A DNA stretch of 64,000 bases from Candidatus Bathyarchaeota archaeon (GTDB lineage: Archaea > Thermoproteota > Bathyarchaeia > Bathyarchaeales > Bathycorpusculaceae): positions 1-64,000 of the forward strand of contig CAVYHV010000029.1 of the NCBI GenBank assembly GCA_963768425.1, written 5' to 3'. Shown in pieces: positions 10,986 through 22,487 of this stretch. The notes beneath the pieces are model-generated. The model worked only from the letters and a program-made list of their open reading frames with translations. It ran no database searches and was not told where the DNA came from. Within the stretch, counting starts at the first letter, position 1. The number at the start of each line of letters is the position of its first letter. A program made the position numbers and the translations under genes.

Positions 10986-11786
10986 TTACTCTTGGTTGAA
11001 GAAGCTTTCCAGTTTGGAGTTTTCTGTTTTCCGCAAAACTTCAGCGCAGGTTTTCGGGTCAAGTGCCTTGTACTCTAAACCAAGTGTGGATAGGAGTCTT
11101 TGCACGTCTTTGCCGAGGCTTGGGGCCACCAGCACTGCACGCAATTCGCGGTTGACTTTGGCTTTTATGGGTTCAATGTACTTTGCCAGTTGCAGTGCCG
11201 CTTCCTTTGACGCAGTTTTGCGTTTAACTTCCACTATGACGAGTTTGCCGTTTTTATCCTCGCCATAAATGTCCACAAATCCAGGCTCCACTTTTTTCTC
11301 CCAACTTATCGGCTTAAAACCTTCTTCGAATAATTCGGGCTTTAAAATGATGGCTCGATGCATATCATCTTCAGACGCAAAAAGCATAAACTCGCCTGAA
11401 TCTTCAAGGCTCAAAGCCGAAGCCATCAAGACGTCGGTGAAGGTGATTTTCACGTTTTCCCTTGGCTTCTGTCTGACCGCGTGGATTTCCAGGTCTTTTT
11501 CGTCTTTGACTTGGACGTGAAAGATGCTTCCTGCGGGTTGCCAGTTGACTGGTTCGTAGCCGACTGGGCGGTGGACAAGAAGCGACCCATCCGATTTGAT
11601 TATTAATATGCGTTCGCCAGGCTCCAATGTCGAGCTTGCGCGCCCGACATAATGCACTTGGCATGCACCTGCGACGATTAGGGTTCTTCTCTGCACGAAA
11701 GCTTTCTCAATCAGCTTCGCCGCTTCTGCCAGGGTGGGCTGTGAGAGGACCGCGAGTTTGTTGGGTTGCTGCATGTTTTCAGCCAA
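10986..11786 (-). CDS. nucS: Mismatch-specific endonuclease NucS/EndoMS
   Basis: CQVHYVGRASSTL, IIKSDGSLLVH, PVNWQP, GFVDIYG..IVEVKR, QLAKY. Confidence 0.95.
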   Translation of the reverse strand: MAENMQQPNKLAVLSQPTLAEAAKLIEKAFVQRRTLIVAGACQVHYVGRASSTLEPGERILIIKSDGSLLVHRPVGYEPVNWQPAGSIFHVQVKDEKDLEIHAVRQKPRENVKITFTDVLMASALSLEDSGEFMLFASEDDMHRAIILKPELFEEGFKPISWEKKVEPGFVDIYGEDKNGKLVIVEVKRKTASKEAALQLAKYIEPIKAKVNRELRAVLVAPSLGKDVQRLLSTLGLEYKALDPKTCAEVLRKTENSKLESFFNQE

Positions 11787-11798
11787 CTATTTTAGACA

Positions 11799-12389
11799 GT
11801 GCTTGGGTACATAAGATTTCTTGAAGGAACCTTGGTGGCTGGCTGGAAAGATAAGCGCAGGGTAATGCAGCGGTACGATTTGACAGCGGACATGTACGAG
11901 GAACGTTATCGGGAGGAGCAACGGGCAAAGTACGATGCCGCCTTGGAAAATGTCAAGTTGGCTGGCAAACGGGTTTTGGATGTGGGATGCGGCACGGGCC
12001 TATTTTTCAGTCAAGTTGCGTCTTGTGCAAGCATCGTTGTGGGAATTGACATTTCACGAAAACTCCTAATGAAGGCGAATAGTGCAGCGAAGAGGGCGAG
12101 CAACGTTTATGTGTTGCAGGCAGACGCTGATTATTTGCCATTTAACGCGGGTTCATTTGAAGCCGTTTTTGCGTTTACATTACTTCAAAACATGCCTAAG
12201 CCCAAAGAAACTTTGGAAGAGCTGAAAAGAGTCACAAAGCCAGATGGGAAAGTGGTTATAACGGGGTTGAAGAAAGCATTTGCGCTAAACGCTTTTTTAG
12301 ATGTTCTGGATGGCACTTCGCTGCATGTTTCTTCTCTTGCGGATAGGGAAGACTTGAAGTGTTACGTGGCTGTTATGTCCTTTCAGTGA
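11799..12389 (+). CDS. Class I SAM-dependent methyltransferase
   Basis: VLDVGCGTG, VGIDIS, ADADYLPF motifs. True start may be the GTG at ~11835. Confidence 0.9.
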   Translation: MLGYIRFLEGTLVAGWKDKRRVMQRYDLTADMYEERYREEQRAKYDAALENVKLAGKRVLDVGCGTGLFFSQVASCASIVVGIDISRKLLMKANSAAKRASNVYVLQADADYLPFNAGSFEAVFAFTLLQNMPKPKETLEELKRVTKPDGKVVITGLKKAFALNAFLDVLDGTSLHVSSLADREDLKCYVAVMSFQ

Positions 12390-12474
12390 TTATTCGTTTG
12401 CCTGGACTTCTTGTTGATTTTGAATTCAATTTTTGAATGCATAAGCGATTTATTTGTAATCCTGTATTAGATGT

Positions 12475-12720
12475 TTGTCATGGGATGGATTTAACGTGTC
12501 GAAGCGGCTTAACGTTAGGAGTAGACGAGCTCTTAGGAACAAGTTGGCTGAAGTGTTTAGCGACAAAATTAAGGTTTTGCCTGTTGACATGCAGGACATT
12601 TTGCTAGATGATTTAGTCACTGCTTTTGAGAATCGACTATCGATGTTCAGTCAGGTTAAATCAAGCTTGCATCTAGAGTTTGAGTTAGCAGAAGGAAGAA
12701 CGGAACAAGTCATTGCTTAA
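12475..12720 (+). CDS. Small hypothetical protein
   Basis: 81-aa helical ORF (LAEVFSDKIKVLPVDMQDILLDDLVTAFENRL). Confidence 0.55.
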   Translation: MSWDGFNVSKRLNVRSRRALRNKLAEVFSDKIKVLPVDMQDILLDDLVTAFENRLSMFSQVKSSLHLEFELAEGRTEQVIA

Positions 12721-12774
12721 GGGCACAAGCGTTCATAAATTGGCGACTGTGATTTCCTCGCTTTAATTCTCCAA

Positions 12775-12910
12775 TTGTCAAATATTGTCATTTTTTGTCA
12801 AATAAAGTCAAATAAAGTCAAATAAAGTATCAACCTGCAACTGGTTAAAGCCCCATTCCAAGAAAGCAACTCAAAACGCAAACAAAAAATTCACAGAATT
12901 TTCCACAACA
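12775..12910 (-). repeat. Dispersed leader + 10-bp-phased GAC array, copy A
   Basis: GTCA at 12777, 12787, 12797, 12807 and 12817, followed by gtatcaacctgcaactggttaaagccc. This is the reverse complement of 27514-27620. Confidence 0.9.
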
Positions 12911-12998
12911 CAAAAACCACCACAAACACACAACTGCAAAGCCGGGAAGTATAAAAAACGAAAAGGATGAAGAAAGCCAGGTTTTCGATTGATTTTGG

Positions 12999-14481
12999 TT
13001 AGCTTGGCGCTGGGCGGGTTCCTAAGGTAAGTGAAATATCTTGTTGTTGGCCGTTTCTTATTATGGTGACGCTTACTGTTTGGTTGGGTAACGTGTTTTC
13101 TGCGAGGTATGTTGACAGGTCATCTTGGTTAACCATCCGTACCTGATTGATGGCGATGATTATGTCTCCGCCGACACCTATCGGGGTTCCATCGATGGTT
13201 GCTTGGGTTGATCCGGCTTTAAGTCCTGCTTTGTCGGCTGGGCCTCCGCTTACAACCGACTCCACAAGCAAGCCATATGTAACTTTGTAGCCTTCTTGAG
13301 CGGCGATGTCATAACTCATGTCCGCCACGCTTACTCCCATATACGGATACGCAGTGTAGGAACCGGTGTTAACCAGCGAGTCGATTTCGCGAAGAATCGT
13401 AGCTGACGAAATGGCAAATCCTAAGCCCTGACCGGTGCCGCCGTTCTGGCTGTTTTCGATTCCCGCCGTGTTAATGCCGACGACTTCACCCGCCGCATTT
13501 AGCAGAGGTCCCCCTGAGTTGCCTGGGTTAATGGGGGCGCTGAATTGGATAACATCTGGTATTGGGTAGTTTCCTGAGCTTGTCTCCGTTATGGTTCTGC
13601 CCAATGCGCTCACGATCCCTGTTGTCATTGAGCCCGCCAACCCGAATGGGCTACCCACCGCGGCGACGAATTCGCCTACGCTAAGCGTCGAAGAACTGAC
13701 GATTTGAAGCGGCTGATACTCGCTTGCGGGAGCTCCAGTAACGGAGAGTACTGCTAGGTCGGCGTATTTGTCTGCGCCTAGAACTGTTGCGGCGTAGCCG
13801 TCTCCGTTGGAGAAAGTCACGCTTATGCCTGTTCCTGTGTTGATGACGTGGTCGTTGGTTACCACAACCATGCGTCCATCAAGATCATCGATGAAGCCGG
13901 ATCCTTCAACAAAAGTGCTTGACTGCGTATCAGTTATGACGACCACTGAATCTTTAACTTGGTCATAGAGACTTGAGAGCGAGACGTTTTCGGGCACAAC
14001 CTCAGCTGAAGTGCCGCTGTTGGCGGATAAGCTTGCAATCTGGTTCTGCAAGTTGGTAATCTGTTTTTGAAGGTTGGATTGGTTGTTGGAAGTGTTCATG
14101 TTGCCTATCCAGTAGCCGAATACACCCGCGAATAGGCTGCAATGCGATTATAGCTATGATTGATGCTGCGAGAAGGCGGTTCCTTCGGTTTCTTTTGGAG
14201 GGCTTTGGCTGCTCAGGTTGAGGCGTGAATTGGGGCTGTGAAGGTTGCGGGGCAGGTTGAGGTTCTGGCTGCGCGGATGGCTGTTGAGGAGCTTCGGGCT
14301 GCTGGGTGGGTTGGGGCTGTTCGGGCTGTTGAGTTGGAGGAGCAGAATCAGGCTGTTGGGATGACGGATTAGGTTCTGGTTGCGGAGTGGGTTCAGGTTG
14401 CGGGGGCTGCTGTGGCTCTTGAACAGGTTCAGGCTGCGGCGAAGGCTGAGAACTCTCGGGTTGCTGTGAAGGCTGATCCAT
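12999..14481 (-). CDS. htrA: HtrA/DegP-like trypsin serine protease with PDZ domain, N-terminal Pro/Gln-rich tail and TM anchor (frameshift ~14138)
   Basis: GSGF, VVTNDHVI, ADLAVL, INPGNSGGPLLN and PDZ GGPADKAGL...GDIIIAIN. The N-terminus lies in ORF 14002-14481. Confidence 0.92.
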
Positions 14482-14787
14482 TAAAATCCGCTCCGCTGGG
14501 AAACAAGCGTTTCTTTGAACTGTGAAAACACCGTTACCAACATAAATTGAAAGATCATGTTCCTGATTCTCCGTAGTTAAGTATGGTTCTTAAATCCAAG
14601 ATGTTATTAAAAAGTTTTTCACAATTATACCCCAATTATACGCAAACGTGAACGGAGCAAAATATCGTTAGAAAATGCATTGAAACTGCAACTTTTAATT
14701 GATTTGCAATATTGCCGCTTTTGCTTACGGATTTTCTTAAGAGGAATGGTTAAATACCATTTTAAGAGAAGTTTAATTTGACCTTTT

Positions 14788-15590
14788 ATGGATTTTTCAA
14801 GTCAAACTATAACTTTCAAATGTTCTGACGGCGCCGACATGACTGCTTATGTCGCCCACCCTAAACCTGAAGCCCGATACCCAGCAATCATCGTAGTGCA
14901 CGAAGCGTGGGGTCTAAACCAGCAGATTAAAGGTGTCTGCGACAGATATGCCCAGGAAGGCTTCACCGCCGTTGCCCCGCATCTTTTCAGCCGCGAAAAA
15001 GACCTCACTGAACAAGCTATCGAGAAAGCCATGATGCTGATGTGGCGTATCCCGCCTGAAAAACGCAACGACCCAACTGCAATCCAGAGCTTGATGGCAA
15101 GTCTCTCTGAAAACGAAAGGAAAATCGTCAACTTTTTCTTCACTGGACGGGAGAAAGCTGAAAAAACCATGGCGGAAGATCTTCTTTGCTGCATAAACTA
15201 CGCCAAAACTCTAAAGACCGTGGATCGGGGAGAGGCTTGGAATCACGGGGTTCTGCCTCGGCGGCGGACTTGTCCTATCAGCTTGCAACCAAGTACCCAT
15301 TTAATGCGGTGGTTCCTTTTTACGGCGCAAACCCCAAACCGCTAGACGAGGTCGCTAAAATCAGCTGTCCCGTTTTTGGAATCTACGCTGGCGAAGACGT
15401 GAGAATAACATGCGGTGTAACTTCCCTGGTTGAGGCTATGATTTTGCATAAGAAGACTTTTCAGATGAAAATTTACCAGGGTACGCAGCACGCCTTCTTC
15501 AACGAGAACAGACCCAGCTACAACAAAGAAGCAGCGGAAGACGCATGGACGATGGCTTTGGCGTTCTTCAACCATTACCTGAAGGCGTAA
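14788..15590 (+). CDS. Dienelactone hydrolase family protein (frameshifted ~15225-15270)
   Basis: PAIIVVHEAWGLN, GITGFCLGGG across the frameshift, PFYG, HAFFNE...YNKEAAEDAW. Confidence 0.9.
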
Positions 15591-16093
15591 AAAATGAGCG
15601 ACAAGCCAAAACCAACAGAGGCTCAAGCCTGCTCTGGGACTGCTTCACCAACTGGTCGCTGACCCTCGAAAACACAGTTGAACCAAAAGCTTCCCCTAAA
15701 AAAAGAAAAAGACAGCAACACACCTGCACTGAAACTGATTTGATACGTCAACATTGACGAGCCGGATGAAACGCTCTAACTTTGGAACTTGCGAACGACT
15801 GAATTGCAGCCTCAACCGCATTAGGCATACGCTTGCCTGCTGTATCAACAAACTGTATCAACAAAACGTATTGACACTAACCCGACCGGTCGGCTTGTAC
15901 ACACAAGAGAGAACCTACCCCGTAGGAAACCTTTCTAATTTGACTTGCGATTGAAATTTCATTTTCCAGACGGTTCTATTTTTTTAGGTCGCCCAGTTTT
16001 GACATAAACTTTAATGGACTTTAGTTGACGGACCTGAAACAACTCAAGTTCTAAACCAAGAAGCAACCTAATTCACAAGAACTCGACGGTTTT

Positions 16094-17744
16094 TCAATAG
16101 CAGAAAATTGAATGAACATTTTCGCTAAGATCGTCTAAGCACAAAGAAACCACCGCAAACTCGGCAAACGCAACCGCGCCCATAGCTAAAAGCGCGAAGG
16201 CATGGTTAAACGTTGCAAGGAATCCCACCGCATAGGCAACCTCGGGAACCAATATGACTACTACTCCGACAGTTAACTTTTCAAAATCGTTAAACACCGA
16301 TGCGATTTTGCCTTTAGCAGCGGTCCGCAGGAAAAGTTTGATTTCGAAGATGCTTGCAGAAGCCACAGACAAAACAATCAGGAACGGAATGAGAAGTGAC
16401 GACGGCGAAGTTAAAGGTTTAAACAGGGATAAAATGGCTAAAGCGATTGGTACGGGAACGTAGGTTGCTGTGGACACGAGCGCCTTGGGAACGACGATTC
16501 TGCGGGAGCTTATCGGCAGGGTTTTGGTGTACTCTAAGTCCTTTTCCTTCAGCGCTTAGAAGGGCAAGGGGCAAAAGCAGAGCGAAGACTGCACCAAGCG
16601 AAGTGCCAGAAAGCACCAGGGCTGTTCGAAGTGTGCCGAAGTTGGAGTCGAGCAGGATTATGATGACGGTTTCAAGGACAGGCAAGGCAAAGAAGAAGGC
16701 GGTAGCTGGGTTTCTGGAAGCCACTTTAAGATCTTTGAAAACGTAACCCAACAATGGACCTCGCGGGATTAACTGAAAAGTCCCGAGCCGTAACCCGCGC
16801 AATGTTCACTCCAGCACCCTGAGACACCGCGCCTCACCGTTCCCAAACTCCATTTGCCAGCGAAAACCGCAAGCAAAGCATACCCAACCATGGCGGCGGA
16901 CGCCACAAGCAGCGTTGTCAAAGTTACGTTGGAAACTGAAGCGGTTATGACAATGCCTGTTGAGAAGGGGTAAAGAAGACCAAGCAGCGAATTCCACACG
17001 TGCCCGGCGCTGAGCAGCGTGCTCTGCAGGTTAGGCACTATGTACCATGGAATACTGAACAGGAAGCCTACGGCGACAAGCAGCAAACCCCACATCAAAA
17101 TGAAGAACAACCGCAGAACCGTGTTGGCTTTTGACCTTCCTCCCCGCAGCATGTTCCTCTGGAAGATCCGTGAAAACCACAATGCGACGGCAACGGCGAA
17201 CAGAGCGTTCACGGTGGAGGCTGCAAGCATGATCAAGGTTGCTATGGGAGAAGCCGTCAGGTAAGCCACAAGCACGACTTGGCTTACGATTGAGCCTATG
17301 ACCATGTAGTCGAAGGATCGGATGAAAGAAAACAGGGTAATCAGAGAGAAATCATCCCGATTCAGAGGCATAGTTGACATTAAAGCTGAAGATTCCGGGC
17401 TCATAAAAGAAGAAAGAGTCTGAATCGCGTAGAGCGCCGTGAACCCGAAAGTTACTGCAAGCTAAGCGAAATCGCGCTGGTTAACCCGAAACCTGGGCTT
17501 CCAAGAAACAGCGAGGCAAAGGGAGCCAGCGAAACGATAACGTTGAAGAAAGCGACAACGGCTTTGTCGAACTTGGCGATTCGCAGCGCCCTTTGGTCAG
17601 TTCAAGGTCATCCTGCGATTCTTTGCCTTGGCGGTTGCGTCCAAAGGCGCCCCACCACATCCGCCCCCGCTCTTCAGCAAGCGAACGATAAACCATCTCA
17701 CGATAGCATGTCTTGCTTAGGCGCCAGGCTTCACTTAGCTTCAT
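16094..17744 (-). CDS. ABC exporter permease (multi-pass membrane protein), several frameshifts
   Basis: Hydrophobic ORF fragments 17481-17744, 16769-17404, 16419-16802 and 16094-16477, including a KDLKVASRNP motif. Overlaps the ABC ATPase stop. Confidence 0.7.
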
Positions 17745-18556
17745 TCTTGAAGAATGCCTCCCTAAGCATCCTCATCGTGTCGGCGACTTCGGCTTCTTCA
17801 TGAGTTAACTTGAGGAAGACTTCTTCCAGCGTGCCGCCGCTGCCTTCGGTTTTGCCTCGGAGCTCATCCAACGTTCCCTCAGCTATTACTTTGCCTTGGT
17901 AGATTATTCCGATTCTCGTGCAGACCTGCTGAGCCACCTCCATAATATGGGTGGAAAACAGGACGGCGCCGCCTTTCTGCGCGTGAAACCCAACAAGCTC
18001 CTTGACTATTCGGCTGCTTTTAGCATCCAAACCGTTAAGGGGTTCATCAAGCAGCAGGACAGGCGGTTGATGGATAAGCGAGGCGATTAAAGCGACTTTC
18101 TGCTTCATTCCCAATGAAAGGGTGGCTATGGGCGAGTCAAAGTACTGCGCCATGTCAAAAGCGTTCGCAAGTTGAGCGACCAATTCGTTGGTGGAGGCTT
18201 TGTCGGTTTTCCTGATGGATGCCACAAACTCCAAAAAATCCCGAGGAGAAAGGGAATCGTAAACTATCGGGTTTTCTGCGACGTACCCGATTTTTGATTT
18301 GACTTCGATGGGGTTCTTTGCAGGGTCTAAACCGACAACCTTGATCCACCCTGACGTAGGCTCCAACAACCCAAGGATAGTCTTGATGGTCGTTGTTTTA
18401 CCTGCGCCGTTAGGACCCAGCAAACCGTAAACTTCGCCAGGCATCACTCGCAAATTCACATCTGACTAAAGCTTGAAACGAGCCGAACTGCTTAGTAAGC
18501 GCGGAAATTTCAATCAAAGGTTCTGAGACCGGAACCAAACTTTCTTTGCAATCCAT
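17731..18556 (-). CDS. ABC transporter ATP-binding protein (frameshift ~18465)
   Basis: GPNGAGKTT, LSLGMKQK, LLLDEP, FSTH. The N-terminus LIEISALTKQFG lies upstream in another frame, from ATG 18556. Confidence 0.92.
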
Positions 18557-18834
18557 ATCGCCTATTTCGAAACCAAAATAATTAACTTGGCTTAAACAAA
18601 TTATACCTTGTTAACCAATAATTCATATTTGATTTTTCTAAAAACATGAACTATATGCAACTACTGTCAAACGAGAACGCCCGCGTTTATATCATATATT
18701 TCTATTTACGTCTTCGGTAAACGTGTCATTCCAGAAATTGGGGGGCTTATGGTTACTCATTTACCACAACATAAATATACGCGCCGAAGACTTGAAACTC
18801 TGAACTCTTTTTGAAGAGCTTTTCGGAGTAAATT

Positions 18835-19953
18835 ATGAACCGAAACGAGCTTGCCAAGTTATTTCTAGGTTCATTCAGAGAGTGGCTAGAAGACAACGTG
18901 CCTTTACGGGCAGCTGCGCTAACTTTCTTTATCATTCTGCCCTTGCCCTCTCTTTTGCTGGTTGTGATAACTATTTTTGCTTTGTTTTACGGTCAAACGC
19001 AAGCTACACAACAGTTGTTTCAGCAAATAAGTTCACTTGCCGGACCTGAGATAGCTGGATTATTTAAGCAGTTGTTGGCAAGCGCAATATCGCCTTTTAA
19101 CTCTGTTTGGGCAGCAGTTACGATCGTAGGCTTCTCTTTAGCTGGAGCAATCGGCGCTTTCGCAATTCTGAGAGACACAATGAATGTCATATGGAAAGTC
19201 AAGCTGCCTAAAACAAGAAAGTTGTCAACCAGAGTAGAGGAAACAATCGGACCGTTCCTTGTGGTTTCTTCGCTCGGCCTAATTGTTATTGCATGGACCA
19301 TAACGTCAGATGCTTTATTTCGGGCAATAAAATTCTACTCTATAAACGGTACTCTAACCCTGATTTCTCTCGTGGCAGCTCAAATACTGCTGTCGTTTGC
19401 TCTTTCAACTCTGCTTTTTGCTTTAATCTACAAGATTCTTCCAAACTACAAAGTACATTGGGAAGACGTTTTTTTGCCGTCAATAATAGGGGGAGTCGCC
19501 TTCACAGTGGTCAATTATATCCTCGGCTTTTACGTTCAGACCTTCAAGGTTACAACAATTGCAGGCGCAGCGGGTTCCCTTATGATTATTCTTCTTTGGA
19601 TCTATATTCTTAACCAGATTGTCCTATTCGGTGCTGTAATGTCCAAAGTCTACGCTACTACGGTCGGGCCGCACCCTCAGTACCATTTGACTGGGGACGC
19701 AGAGAAAATATTCGAGCCTTTGGAGAAAGTTGGAGAAGAAATTGAGGCAGCGGCGAGGGGTTCTATTGGAGAAGGTGTAGGTGAAAAAACGCAGACCGCA
19801 ATCATTAAAGAACCAATTAAGGAGGAGTCCGTAACTATCTCAGAGAATGGGGAGAAGCCACCGGGAAATGAAGAACTCGAAGGCGACAGCGTAGAAGTGA
19901 ATATTGTCATTAAGACTGGTCGCAAAAAAAGAAAAAGTGAAAAGTCAAACTAA
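18835..19953 (+). CDS. YihY/virulence factor BrkB family membrane protein
   Basis: AAALTFF...LP, MNVIWKV, LIYKILP, GAAGSLMIILLWIY...IVLFGA. Confidence 0.88.
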   Translation: MNRNELAKLFLGSFREWLEDNVPLRAAALTFFIILPLPSLLLVVITIFALFYGQTQATQQLFQQISSLAGPEIAGLFKQLLASAISPFNSVWAAVTIVGFSLAGAIGAFAILRDTMNVIWKVKLPKTRKLSTRVEETIGPFLVVSSLGLIVIAWTITSDALFRAIKFYSINGTLTLISLVAAQILLSFALSTLLFALIYKILPNYKVHWEDVFLPSIIGGVAFTVVNYILGFYVQTFKVTTIAGAAGSLMIILLWIYILNQIVLFGAVMSKVYATTVGPHPQYHLTGDAEKIFEPLEKVGEEIEAAARGSIGEGVGEKTQTAIIKEPIKEESVTISENGEKPPGNEELEGDSVEVNIVIKTGRKKRKSEKSN

Positions 19954-20188
19954 CCGCTGAATGTTGCGGATGATTGCCAGAGTTTTTTTGCTTAATTTCT
20001 TGCTTTTCCAAGAGTCAAACCCGGTCCATCCTATTTCGTCCTTTAGTAAGGTTTTTGAGTTCTCGTTATTTCCGGAAGGCGGAGTTGAGGTTTTGAAAAA
20101 GGTTTAATTGGATGGCAAATTGAATGGTTTGCAATAAAGTTGCATGAAAAAGTTAAATGTCTGAGAGAGTAAGTGCAGTAAAGCTTAG

Positions 20189-20263
20189 TGGGCCGAGCCG
20201 GATTTGAACCGGCGACCTTTCGATTATCAGTCGAACGCTCCAGCCGTGCTGAGCTACCGGCCC
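20189..20263 (-). tRNA. tRNA-Ile(GAT)
   Basis: Reverse complement GGGCCGGTAGCTCAG...TTCGA-CTGATAA-TCGAA...GCCGG-TTCAAAT-CCGGC-TCGGCCCA forms a full cloverleaf with no intron. Confidence 0.96.
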
Positions 20264-20361
20264 TCGCTTTTTGTGAAACAAGTTTAATATTATGTTGCTT
20301 TATAAGAATTGCCGTAAATACTTTAATGCGACCCCATCTTTGTGTTGTCAGGTTGCTGAGT

Positions 20362-20440
20362 GGGCTCGTAGCCTAGCACGGATTAAGGTGTCGGCCTTCG
20401 GAGCCGGAGATCGTGGGTTCAAATCCCACCGGGCCCGCCA
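20362..20440 (+). tRNA. tRNA-Arg(TCG) with encoded CCA
   Basis: GGGCTCGTAGCCTAG...CGGC-CTTCGGA-GCCG...GTGGG-TTCAAAT-CCCAC-CGGGCCCG-CCA. Confidence 0.96.
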
Positions 20441-20577
20441 TTAATTACTTTTGGAAAATTCTTTTGTCTAAAATCTAATGACGGACAAGTCTATCCCATG
20501 TCGGAATTATAAAATATAAGATAAGAAGAAATAAGGAAAAATAACAAAATTTGCGTAAAAATTGTTTCCGTTCGGTT

Positions 20578-20703
20578 TTATTGCCCATCTACTAGGTGGG
20601 CTGTTCCGTCTGGGCAATAGACGCAATTGCCTTTTTCAACAATGCAAAAGCGCCTAATGCATGCTTTCATTTGCGAACATCCGTCGCAGTCTCTTGACAA
20701 CAT
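20578..20703 (-). CDS. 41-aa Cys-rich small protein, not in the ORF track
   Basis: MLSRDCDGCSQMKACIRRFCIVEKGNCVYCPDGTAHLVDGQ, with AGGAGG 7 nt upstream of the ATG. Confidence 0.65.
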   Translation of the reverse strand: MLSRDCDGCSQMKACIRRFCIVEKGNCVYCPDGTAHLVDGQ

Positions 20704-21037
20704 TTCTTTTCCTCCTGTTATTGAGATTTATGATTTTTCATGGGACAGCTCTTATGCATGTTACACATGAGCTTATGTCTCTGATAGAACCTAACAGAAA
20801 CTCAAAAGCACCTTTTAAACTTTATTGCAACTGTTCAACCAATAGATCCGCCAGTGTCAGTTAGATGAGTTGTTTTAACTCTTATTCTGCAGCTTTATCC
20901 CTTCCCCGCTCTTTCTGATCTTCAATGGACCCATACCTTTCCAGTGTTTATGTAGTTTGATATAGGTTAAGTTTACACTCACCCACCAAGCAAGGTTTTA
21001 GCATAAAATAAGAGAGCAAGGATTTTTTAAGTGGGTT

Positions 21038-21660
21038 TTATTCGTTTTCTTCTTCTGTTTTTTCCGCCAGTTCTCTTGTTCCTTGCAGTTCAGAACTTTC
21101 TGATTTTTTAATTTCACTTGACAGTAGCATGTTGATTAGTGCTTTCTGGTCTACTTCCGCCCTTGTTCGCCAGTCAAGATAGACAATCCATTATCGTCTT
21201 GACCAAGGTATCCGTAGCGGATATATCGTTCAATGTTTAAGCCGATTTTCCAGTTAGGCATCTTTTCGCTGAGAAGTTTTTCAACGTCTTTCCGCGGTGC
21301 TTGCCCCTTTTTGCTTATTACGAATGAAATCGTTATAGCTAACCCTGCTAAATCGTCAATGCGCCAACCGATTAGTTTGTCTTTTGTCGCCAAGTCGCCG
21401 CGCAAGGCAACGTAGAATCTTGCTTTGTCCAATTCCTCAATAGTTGGTTTTTCGGGCGTTTTTTCTTCTTCGAAAACAGTTTTGACTTGAAGGTCCAACG
21501 GCTTGAGGTAGTCTTCAAGCAGGTCGAGCACTTTGGGGTAGTCTGAACCCAATGCCTTGTGCAGTTCGGAGCCTCGGACGCCTGGTTTCTGATGCCGCTT
21601 ATAGAATAGCATCTGGGTTGCTTTCTTGATTTTGCTGCCGTAAACGCCTCTTTTGCTCAA
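21038..21660 (-). CDS. Tandem winged-helix kite-like protein (Nse1/ScpB-like), frameshift ~21185
   Basis: Third gene of the SMC operon. The corrected C-terminus IERYIRYGYLGQDDNGLVYLDWRTRAEVD resembles the second WH of Nse1. Confidence 0.6.
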
Positions 21661-22487
21661 TCTAATTTGCCTCCTTCCATTTCCGCCAGTCTTCGATTGA
21701 AACCGCGATGGCTACGGATGCTGACTGCTGTGTTAAAGGTTCGATTCTTGGATTCTTGGAATGGGGTTATGAAAACAAGTTCTTCCAGTCGGTCGATTTC
21801 CAAAGTTGCAAACCCGTAAGTGATTAGGAAGCTGGTTAAGAATGCTTTTTGGACGGTTTGTTCGTAGGTGTCTGCGCCAATGAAGTCCCAGTAGTTGACT
21901 TTGCCTTCTTTTCCTTTGATGGCTACGCAGTCCTTGAGTTCTTGCCATAGCGTGCTGAGTTCGACGGAGAATTCTTTGTCGCTTAGGACGCGTTGCTTAA
22001 TCAATTCCTCTCGGCTTGTGTAGCTGTTTGAGACTTCGGCCGCTTCAAAGTTTTTCCATTTTTCACTTATGGGCGCTAATGCTTCCCAGTAAAGAAGCCC
22101 CTGAGCCAAAGTGTTTAGACTGATTTGCTCAAACTCTATCAACGGGTTCCAAGCTTGAAGGAAGATATCAACTATTTCCTGCTTACCAATCTGCATGATT
22201 TTTTCTTCCAAAAGAAAAGGGTCAGTATAGAGCGCTGTAGAGCGATGTTTCACCCATTCGCTCTGCATTTTGATGACTGTGGCTAAGTGATGTAGGGTTT
22301 CAGCGTCAAGCCTGAGCTCTTCCGGGTTTTGCCAATGCGGAAAATACTCCCTAACCACCTGGATGATTTCATCGATGTTTAACGTGAAGGGTTCGGTTTG
22401 ACGGGTTTCGATGGCGACGCACATTTCAATAATGCGTTCAAGCCTTTCCTTGCCTAACACTTTGGGTTCCTTTGCCCTCTGCATCAA
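21657..22487 (-). CDS. Kleisin (ScpA-like) subunit
   Basis: N-terminal EPFTLNIDEII...LRLDAETL..LA.VIKMQSE and C-terminal WH YWDFI...TVQKAFLTSFLITYGFATLE. Overlaps the SMC stop. Possible indel ~21750. Confidence 0.7.
   Translation of the reverse strand: MMQRAKEPKVLGKERLERIIEMCVAIETRQTEPFTLNIDEIIQVVREYFPHWQNPEELRLDAETLHHLATVIKMQSEWVKHRSTALYTDPFLLEEKIMQIGKQEIVDIFLQAWNPLIEFEQISLNTLAQGLLYWEALAPISEKWKNFEAAEVSNSYTSREELIKQRVLSDKEFSVELSTLWQELKDCVAIKGKEGKVNYWDFIGADTYEQTVQKAFLTSFLITYGFATLEIDRLEELVFITPFQESKNRTFNTAVSIRSHRGFNRRLAEMEGGKLD

Noticed and set aside
20189-21000. Integrated element at the tRNA pair
   Set aside because: No integrase and no duplicated tRNA 3' end was seen in the window.
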